A stretch of 64,000 nucleotides of DNA from sequence record LC680884.1, one strand, 5' to 3'. The translations under genes were made by a program, and so were the position numbers. The notes under the pieces were generated by a model that was not told the origin of the DNA, searched no databases, and was given only the letters and a program-made list of their open reading frames with translations. Below are positions 57,571 to 64,000 of the stretch, piece by piece (position 1 is the stretch's first letter; every line of letters starts with the position of its first letter).

Positions 57571-57601
57571 TTTTTCTCACCATCCTTATAGTATTATGAA
57601 A

Positions 57602-57613
57602 TATTATATTGTT
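57602..57613 (-). promoter_or_regulatory. Late-type promoter AACA-N6-TA
   Basis: AACAATATAATA, 32 nt upstream of 57570. Confidence 0.6.
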
Positions 57614-57648
57614 TATTTTAATTATTATTAATAACATATACATGTTTC

Positions 57649-57661
57649 AAATATATATTAT
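57649..57661 (+). promoter_or_regulatory. Early-type promoter AAATATATATTAT
   Basis: Exact 13-mer upstream of RNase H. Confidence 0.7.
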
Positions 57662-57696
57662 TATAATGAATACATATTTTTTAGGAGGAAATTCAT

Positions 57697-58230
57697 ATGA
57701 AAAAGATTTATATTTTCTCAGATGCCGCTTCATTTCATAATGGTAAACCAGATGCTCTTGGTACATGTGCAACATTATTTGTAAATGAAGAATTTCAATT
57801 AATAGGTAAACGATTAAAAGCTTTTGATAAATCAACAAATAATTATAATGAATTAATGGGTGTAATTTTAGGGTTAAAAGAAATGAAAGATTTTGTTGAA
57901 AAGAATCCTAATGAAATAGGAGTCATTGAAATTATATCAGATTCAGAATATACTATACTAGGGGCAAGAGATAGATTAAATAAATGGATTAAAAATGGAT
58001 GGAGAAATTCTTCTGGGGAAATAAAAAATCTAGATTTATGGAAATTATTAAATGAATATAAAATTTATTTTGCTAGGAAACGTATCATATTACAGTTTAA
58101 TTGGTTAAGAGGTCACAAAGGAAAGAACATTACATTAAAAGATGATCCATATACTTACTACCAAGAAATGGCAGATAGTCTTGCCGTTGAATATAAAGAA
58201 CGTGCTTTAAAAATAAGAAATGGAGAATAA
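57697..58230 (+). CDS. rnhA: Ribonuclease HI
   Basis: IFSDAAS, TNNYNELMGVILGL, IISDSEY, KNLDLW, WLRGH, MADSLA. Confidence 0.9.
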   Translation: MKKIYIFSDAASFHNGKPDALGTCATLFVNEEFQLIGKRLKAFDKSTNNYNELMGVILGLKEMKDFVEKNPNEIGVIEIISDSEYTILGARDRLNKWIKNGWRNSSGEIKNLDLWKLLNEYKIYFARKRIILQFNWLRGHKGKNITLKDDPYTYYQEMADSLAVEYKERALKIRNGE

Positions 58231-58238
58231 GAAGGACA

Positions 58239-58727
58239 TTGAGTCCTTCTTTTTTTATAGGAGGAATATCAATGGAACTATTAATTGCTTTAATTGTACT
58301 GTTAAACCTTTTTGTTATTCTTTTTTTCGCTAAGTTTATGATTAAGATTGTAGGTACTTTAGATAAAAGTAAGGGATTAAATTCTATTAATGGGAACATA
58401 GAAAAAAAATTAGCTAATAAAGATTTTGAGTCAGATACTAAATATCTAATGTTTTTAGTAGATTATTTTTGTAACAAATCTAGAGATTTGAAATTAATCC
58501 CATATCAAAGAAGATCTACTAGTCTATCTTTATTAAATGATGATATTCTTATAAAAATAACTGCTGAGACTACTCATAGTGTAATGCAACAACTATCAGA
58601 ACCTTATAAAGAAAGTTTAAGTGTCTATATTCGGGATTTAACTGATTTTGTTACTGTTTTGGTATATAATCGAATTGCTGAGATTACAGTGGAACTTAAT
58701 AGAACAACTATAAAAAAAGTAAAATAA
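58239..58727 (+). CDS. Hypothetical membrane-anchored protein (likely start MELLIAL)
   Basis: N-terminal TM segment; RBS AGGAGG. Confidence 0.6.
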   Translation: MSPSFFIGGISMELLIALIVLLNLFVILFFAKFMIKIVGTLDKSKGLNSINGNIEKKLANKDFESDTKYLMFLVDYFCNKSRDLKLIPYQRRSTSLSLLNDDILIKITAETTHSVMQQLSEPYKESLSVYIRDLTDFVTVLVYNRIAEITVELNRTTIKKVK

Positions 58728-58734
58728 TATAACG

Positions 58735-58769
58735 ATTAAAACAGTAGAGTCCCAGTCTACTGTTTTAAT
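58735..58769. terminator. Bidirectional terminator
   Basis: ATTAAAACAGTAGA / TCTACTGTTTTAAT. Confidence 0.75.
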
Positions 58770-59536
58770 CATTTTAATAGAATATTTATCACTCTAAGTA
58801 AGAAATTAAGGTTGTTATTGATTAGAACATATTTTTTTAAATCTTCTGTTATTTCGTCCAAGTAATACATATGATTTAAAATACCATATAAATATTTACC
58901 ATAAATTAAATCTAGATAGTACTGATAAGGTAATTCTCTGGTTACGAAATTATATTTAAGTTGTATTAATTTCTCAAATAGTGCATTTTCTTCATTATGT
59001 GTATCTAGGAAAAGAAGTTCTTCTAAATCTTTAAATAAGTAATCCTTATGGAATTCCTTTATTTCCTTACTATAACCCTTAATATCTAGAGTTCTATCTG
59101 ATTTATAATAAAACTCTTTATTATCAATATTAATATAACTAATATACCTATTCTTTTCTTGGAATTTATAATATTCGTTTAATTCTAAATTGGTTAACTT
59201 TTTATTAATGATAAAAACTGCATCTTTTTTAATTGATAAGATATCATCATCATCAATATTATTCTTCTCAAATAACTCTTTCCTAATTAAAACAAACTCA
59301 TTGATCAATGCTTCACTAATATCAGGATTCTTTTTTAAGAACAAGCCAACTGTTTTATTCTTTTTTAATTTTTCCATTGAATTTAAATGTCGATATTCTT
59401 CTTCCGTAATAACATTATTTTTCCGTAGAATATTGACGCCAGCATTGGTCATATCATATTCTCTTATAATATTATTCTTGAGATAACTAATTCTTTTATT
59501 TAGATAATTATGTTTTTGGTATAAATTGTTTGTCAT
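58769..59536 (-). CDS. Hypothetical protein with PolB-palm-like motifs
   Basis: IREYDMTNAGVNIL and ILSIKKDAVFI resemble degenerate motifs A and C. Confidence 0.35.
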   Translation of the reverse strand: MTNNLYQKHNYLNKRISYLKNNIIREYDMTNAGVNILRKNNVITEEEYRHLNSMEKLKKNKTVGLFLKKNPDISEALINEFVLIRKELFEKNNIDDDDILSIKKDAVFIINKKLTNLELNEYYKFQEKNRYISYINIDNKEFYYKSDRTLDIKGYSKEIKEFHKDYLFKDLEELLFLDTHNEENALFEKLIQLKYNFVTRELPYQYYLDLIYGKYLYGILNHMYYLDEITEDLKKYVLINNNLNFLLRVINILLK

Positions 59537-59562
59537 AATTCAACCCCCCCTATGACAAACTA

Positions 59563-59597
59563 AATCGATTATAGGAATAAACCTATAATCGATTGTT
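59563..59597 (-). terminator. Terminator hairpin overlapping a late-type promoter (59586-59597)
   Basis: AATCGATTATAGG / CCTATAATCGATT; AACAATCGATTA on minus. Confidence 0.65.
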
Positions 59598-59602
59598 TAT
59601 GT

Positions 59603-60124
59603 TTAAATAAACTTTTTATTCTCTAAGTATTGATAAACATCTTCCGCAGTAATATAATTATAGGGTGGAATATTGACTAACCAATCATTAATAATTGGTT
59701 TTAATTCTTTTCTTTCATTTGCGACATATTCTTTAGTTCTTTCATCTCTCTCTTTTGGTTGCTCCGAATCAATTCCCAAATAAAATACCTCTACATTATC
59801 AGTGTTATTAGAAAGGTATTCTCTCAAACTCTCAATTCCTTTTTTATTAGCAATAATAATACCGATTTTATTTTCTTCAAAGCTTGGAACTGTCCCGTAA
59901 TGGTATCCATTAATTTCAGTTTTAGCAATTAATGCATGTTCAATTACATCATAATGAGACTTACTAATAAAGTGATAAGTATTCTCATCTGGTGTTCTCT
60001 TCTCCCTAGTAGTATATTGTGGAAGCTGTTGAAATAATTCTGGATAAGTACCAATTAATAAATCAGTGATATAATTCTTTCCACAGCCTGATGGTCCAGC
60101 AATAACTAATAATCTCTTTTTCAT
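59603..60124 (-). CDS. gmk: Guanylate kinase-like protein (start MKKRLLV)
   Basis: GPSGCGKN P-loop, YTTREKRT, YHFIS, YHYGT; RBS GGAGG; late-type site at 60149-60160. Confidence 0.8.
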   Translation of the reverse strand: MKKRLLVIAGPSGCGKNYITDLLIGTYPELFQQLPQYTTREKRTPDENTYHFISKSHYDVIEHALIAKTEINGYHYGTVPSFEENKIGIIIANKKGIESLREYLSNNTDNVEVFYLGIDSEQPKERDERTKEYVANERKELKPIINDWLVNIPPYNYITAEDVYQYLENKKFI

Positions 60125-60219
60125 TATGTTAACCTCCTGAGTATAAGTCAATCTTTTGTTACTAATTTACTAAAAATTTTAGATAATTAGTGACAGATGT
60201 ATTGGAAATTAACAAAGAT

Positions 60220-60248
60220 AAAATAAGTATATCCGCTATACTTATTTT
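60220..60248. terminator. Terminator hairpin
   Basis: AAAATAAGTATA / TATACTTATTTT. Confidence 0.6.
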
Positions 60249-60304
60249 AATGGAGGTTTAAGTAATATCAAGTATGAACTGTTGTCCATACTTGATATTT
60301 TATG

Positions 60305-60688
60305 TTATTCAGCAAATAATTTTTTAATTTGTTTTTTCTCAATATCAGGAATTTCTTTTTCAGAGAAACCTTCCAAGATTTTATCAATAGCCATTGATAA
60401 AGTTTCTTTCTCAAATTCTTTAAAAATTTTCAAATTATCATATTTCTTTTCATTTCCACTTAAGATGCTAATAATTGTATTAAGTTTAATAGTTGCGATA
60501 GCTTGCATATATTCTCTTAGGTCTAATCCAGTTTCAACTGTTGATCTAACATTATACGTTTGATTAGAATTAATTCCAACTGTAAATTGTACAATATCAC
60601 CTTCTAATTGAGGTTGTTCACTTTCTCCAACTTCCTCTTTTTCTACTACTTCTTCTTCTTGATTTTCTAAAACTTTTTCTTCACTCAT
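60305..60688 (-). CDS. Hypothetical acidic protein
   Basis: 127 aa; RBS GGAGG. Confidence 0.6.
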   Translation of the reverse strand: MSEEKVLENQEEEVVEKEEVGESEQPQLEGDIVQFTVGINSNQTYNVRSTVETGLDLREYMQAIATIKLNTIISILSGNEKKYDNLKIFKEFEKETLSMAIDKILEGFSEKEIPDIEKKQIKKLFAE

Positions 60689-60711
60689 TTTCTTAAACCT
60701 CCATCAATTAT

Positions 60712-60724
60712 ATAATATATATTT
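60712..60724 (-). promoter_or_regulatory. Early-type promoter AAATATATATTAT
   Basis: Exact 13-mer upstream of 60688. Confidence 0.7.
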
Positions 60725-60763
60725 GTTATAATATTTTAATTTTACTTAAAAAATATAAAAAAA

Positions 60764-60789
60764 AAATAACTCCCTAAAGGGAGCTATTT
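60764..60789 (-). terminator. Intrinsic terminator
   Basis: CTCCC-TTTA-GGGAG then a long T tract on minus. Confidence 0.75.
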
Positions 60790-61502
60790 ATTTGTTTTTT
60801 TAAATTGATAAGTAGTTTAAAGTCTATTATATTATTGATTACTTTATTAATTCTTTCGCTATCTATTATTAAAATTTTATTAGAAAATTCTTTTTTAATA
60901 ATATTAATAGTTTCTTTATCGATAGATGGGAAAATAAAGTTTCCAAAACTACTTTTCATGTTAATATATTCATCTTTTCCAGTCGTAGACTTTAAGCTAC
61001 CAAATATTAATTCATAACGACTCTCTTCATTAGAGAAATTGCATATACGATTAAATTCTTCCTGTTTAATTCCGTCTAAGATGACTTTTAACTCTTCATT
61101 ACTTATATAATTATTTCTATTAGAAAAAATCTGTTTAGTGACTTTTTCAATGAGTTTTATTCCATTCTTTTTAACCCTTGAACTGTCGATCATTGTATAG
61201 CTAGGTATTTCTATATCTAATTTTTTGTCATTCAATGGAATATTAAATAGCTCATATTTAGATAGATCAAATATATTATTCTGTTCTTTTATAACTGATG
61301 GAATATAAATAAAACCATCTTTTACTTCATGACGAATTAAAACATTAGTAGCTCTTTCAACAATTACAGTCATAGGTAGTATACGAGCAAAATCAAAAAT
61401 TGACTCATTTTCTTTGAAATGATATTCAATTTTTTCTTCATAACCTGTATGTTTTACATGTAAAATATCAGTTAAAAATACATTTCCTCTAAACATTTTT
61501 AT
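60774..61502 (-). CDS. Hypothetical protein (possible family C, copy 3; start about MFRGNV)
   Basis: IFDFARILP...FIYIPSVI; RBS GGAGG. Confidence 0.55.
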   Translation of the reverse strand: MKMFRGNVFLTDILHVKHTGYEEKIEYHFKENESIFDFARILPMTVIVERATNVLIRHEVKDGFIYIPSVIKEQNNIFDLSKYELFNIPLNDKKLDIEIPSYTMIDSSRVKKNGIKLIEKVTKQIFSNRNNYISNEELKVILDGIKQEEFNRICNFSNEESRYELIFGSLKSTTGKDEYINMKSSFGNFIFPSIDKETINIIKKEFSNKILIIDSERINKVINNIIDFKLLINLKKQINSSL

Positions 61503-61512
61503 TCCTCCAATA

Positions 61513-62238
61513 TTATTTTGAAATAGGCAATATACTATTAAACTGTGTAGAAGTAGCACCTTTTACTTCAAGAAATATAGTATCAATAATATCCCTAAAC
61601 TCAAGACGATTATTATTTTTAGAAATGGTAGTTAGAAATGAACCTAGCATAATTTCTAGGCTCATTTCTGTTAATCTATAATTCAATTTTCTTTCTGTAA
61701 ATAAAATTAACCGTTTAATATCATTAAATAACTCCCTATTTTCTTTTCTTAGATCTCTCATTTCAATATGAACGACTATCTCACTTACTTTCTCATTAAA
61801 AGAATATAATTCACATGATAATACTCCTTGAATTGCTGTTTGTTTAGGATTTTTATTAACTTGAAATCTATTTATAGTATAACTACTTGGATCTTTTATA
61901 TTCTTATTTGTAGATAACAGCTTATACATTACAACTTCCAATTCATTAATAAAAGGCAAAGTAATATAAGAATAGTCTCCTTTATTAATGACTTTAAAAT
62001 AGTTATTATTGATTATCTCTTGAATAAACACTAATCCATTATCGTTATCTAATTTAGATATATTTTCAATACCTAAATAATCTATTAAATCAATAAATTT
62101 TTTAAAATAATTCATACTTATATCATTAATATTTGATAAGCTAACTTCCATAACTATGTATTGATTCTTGATGATCTTTAGTACATTATAAATCTTATTA
62201 TTTTCTTTAGATTTTATTTGGAATAAAGAATGATGCAT
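61513..62238 (-). CDS. Hypothetical protein (family C, copy 2)
   Basis: FKKFIDLIDYLG...YITLPFI...RKENRELFNDIKRLI. Confidence 0.6.
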   Translation of the reverse strand: MHHSLFQIKSKENNKIYNVLKIIKNQYIVMEVSLSNINDISMNYFKKFIDLIDYLGIENISKLDNDNGLVFIQEIINNNYFKVINKGDYSYITLPFINELEVVMYKLLSTNKNIKDPSSYTINRFQVNKNPKQTAIQGVLSCELYSFNEKVSEIVVHIEMRDLRKENRELFNDIKRLILFTERKLNYRLTEMSLEIMLGSFLTTISKNNNRLEFRDIIDTIFLEVKGATSTQFNSILPISK

Positions 62239-62243
62239 TGTTA

Positions 62244-63026
62244 TTATTCTCCTTTTATATTATACAGAGGTAGTATATATTTATTTTCATATTTATCATT
62301 TTGCACTTTCATATAAAGACATTCAAGCATTTCAGCATTTCGATCACTAATTTTCATATTGCGTATAATGTTATCATTAGAAATTTGAAATCTCACAAAG
62401 TTCACTGGGAAATCAACATTATTTCTTGCATAATCAATAACTCTATTAATATAATTAAATAATTTTCTATTTTTATCTCTAATATAATTAAAATCTAATG
62501 TAAAATCTTCTAGGAGGTCGATAATTTTCCTTTGTCCATCAATATAAATGTAAATATATACACTCATCTCAAGTATTCTTGTTTTTGGTTTAATAAGAAT
62601 TTCATTAATAGCTAATTTAAGTCTACTTGGATCTTCTTCTATGGTTTTCCCAATATGTACTTGTCCTTCCCAATAATGATACATAGGTAATTTTACTAGC
62701 TTATCCATAATAAGCATTTTTGATACATCAATAATGTCTCGTATCTCAGGAAAAGTACAATAATTCTCTTCATCATAATTAAATTCCTCAATAATACCAT
62801 CTCTAATTAATTCAATCTGTATAATTTCCCAAATATCACTAGTATCTTTAAAATGTGTATGTGCCTGTAATACATCAAATCCAACAATTTCAGCTACATC
62901 TATAAATTTCTTATAAACCTCAAATACTTGTTGATCATTTGATACATCTTGATAGAAATACTTTCCTTCAGTAGATGAAATAGTAGTACCCCTATCTTTG
63001 TTATAATTCCCCAGTATAATTCTCAT
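62244..63026 (-). CDS. Hypothetical protein (family C, copy 1)
   Basis: YKKFIDVAEIVG...YCTFPEI...RDKNRKLFNYINRVI. Confidence 0.6.
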   Translation of the reverse strand: MRIILGNYNKDRGTTISSTEGKYFYQDVSNDQQVFEVYKKFIDVAEIVGFDVLQAHTHFKDTSDIWEIIQIELIRDGIIEEFNYDEENYCTFPEIRDIIDVSKMLIMDKLVKLPMYHYWEGQVHIGKTIEEDPSRLKLAINEILIKPKTRILEMSVYIYIYIDGQRKIIDLLEDFTLDFNYIRDKNRKLFNYINRVIDYARNNVDFPVNFVRFQISNDNIIRNMKISDRNAEMLECLYMKVQNDKYENKYILPLYNIKGE

Positions 63027-63065
63027 AATAATTGAACCTCCTAGTTCTCCTATTTATTCAATTAT

Positions 63066-63078
63066 ATAATATATATTT
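63066..63078 (-). promoter_or_regulatory. Early-type promoter AAATATATATTAT
   Basis: Exact 13-mer upstream of 63026. Confidence 0.7.
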
Positions 63079-63191
63079 CTTTTAATATTTTAATACGGTT
63101 ATTAAAAATAATAAATTTAATAAAGATAACTAATTCTATTAAGAAAAAGTTATCTTTATTTTTTAACTTACCCTATTAATTTATTATTTCT

Positions 63192-63908
63192 TTATTCTTT
63201 AAATTTTAAAAGATAATCAAAAAATTCATCATATTCTTTATCATGAATTTTAATATAATTAAAATTACTTTTTAATACTGCTTTATCCTTTGCTTTTTCT
63301 TGTTCTATATCTCTAGCTCTATAATGTTTATTATCAAAAGCTTTTATCTCTATGATGGTATTAATTGATGTAATATAAAAATCTGGCATATAAAAGTGTT
63401 TTTTACCATTAAATTCATAGTAAAAAACTTGTGGGGCAGGACTAATAACATCACTTGGTTCAAAATGTAAAAATACATCTAAAAATTCTAAAAAATCTTT
63501 TTCATAAGTACCAGTATATTTAGTCTTACCTTTTTTATTTGTCCAAGTATATTCACCAGATATCTTTCTAGAATCAAGCATCTTCTTTTGCATTTCTGGT
63601 TCATCAAGTAAAGTAGTCTTACCATACTTACCCATCATACGTTTTTTAAACATTTCTCTATATTTCTCTCTACAATTAGTCTCTTTACGATCACAAATTC
63701 TCTCATATCTATTGGTACTTTCATTCCATTTAGTAGACTTTCTACATATAATACATTTTCCACCAGTTTTATTATATTTAAAATTAAAATATACCTGTGC
63801 TGGAGAAAGACCATTTAACTGTTCTTTATGTTTATTTTCTAAATGATTACAAAGAAAAGATTTGTCTTTATACTTATTAGAACAAAATGGACATTTTTCT
63901 ATTTTCAT
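63192..63908 (-). CDS. C2H2 Zn-finger plus TnsA-like PD-(D/E)XK endonuclease
   Basis: CPFC...LCNHLENKH; CIIC; TYEKDF; HFYMPDFYI...IIEIKAF. Confidence 0.7.
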   Translation of the reverse strand: MKIEKCPFCSNKYKDKSFLCNHLENKHKEQLNGLSPAQVYFNFKYNKTGGKCIICRKSTKWNESTNRYERICDRKETNCREKYREMFKKRMMGKYGKTTLLDEPEMQKKMLDSRKISGEYTWTNKKGKTKYTGTYEKDFLEFLDVFLHFEPSDVISPAPQVFYYEFNGKKHFYMPDFYITSINTIIEIKAFDNKHYRARDIEQEKAKDKAVLKSNFNYIKIHDKEYDEFFDYLLKFKE

Positions 63909-63942
63909 TATTTTTCACCGTCTTTTCCATTATTATGTCTTA

Positions 63943-63954
63943 TAAAATATTGTT
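63943..63954 (-). promoter_or_regulatory. Late-type promoter AACA-N6-TA
   Basis: AACAATATTTTA, 35 nt upstream of 63908. Confidence 0.55.
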
Positions 63955-64000
63955 TATTATTTTTTATAATTTGGAGAATTGTTAACATTTCAATATTACC

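Noticed and set aside
1-64000. Stop-codon reassignment as seen in some jumbo phages
   Set aside because: Standard-code ORFs tile the window densely, and TAG and TGA both end genes at sensible operon boundaries.

Overview
This very AT-rich 64-kb window comes from a jumbo phage of Firmicutes. It is AR9/PBS1-like, in the phiKZ-related group that encodes its own multisubunit RNA polymerases. No rRNA, CRISPR array, integrase or transposase was seen. Contents: (1) replication and nucleotide genes (Dda/RecD-like and DnaB-like helicases, SbcD/Mre11 nuclease, RNase HI, guanylate kinase, a metallophosphoesterase cut by the left edge); (2) tail, baseplate and fibre genes (gp5-like spike with a collagen stalk, gp53-like wedge, a 52-aa-repeat fibre, a DUF6273/Ig-like fibre, PG-binding proteins, a holin); (3) two split RNAP beta' pieces. 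One piece is interrupted inside its catalytic DYDG|D motif by an 897-nt group I intron carrying an HNH endonuclease. Two promoter motifs recur upstream of genes, AAATATATATTAT (early-type) and AACA-N6-T(A/G) (AR9 late-type). They suggest that the two beta' genes belong to two different polymerases. Strongest candidates for new biology: a 261-nt structured non-coding RNA that starts at a late-promoter +1 and ends in an armless tRNA-like domain with encoded CCA (56535-56795, minus); a 13-aa mini-gene with its own promoter and terminator that copies the RBS, start and DITLE segment of the divergent RNAP gene (44858-44899); a tRNA-Asn enclosed in a long leader/trailer duplex; a tail gene split in the middle of a repeat; three adjacent fibre genes sharing one assembly module; and a catalytically dead amidase. 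All family assignments come from motif recognition, not database searches.
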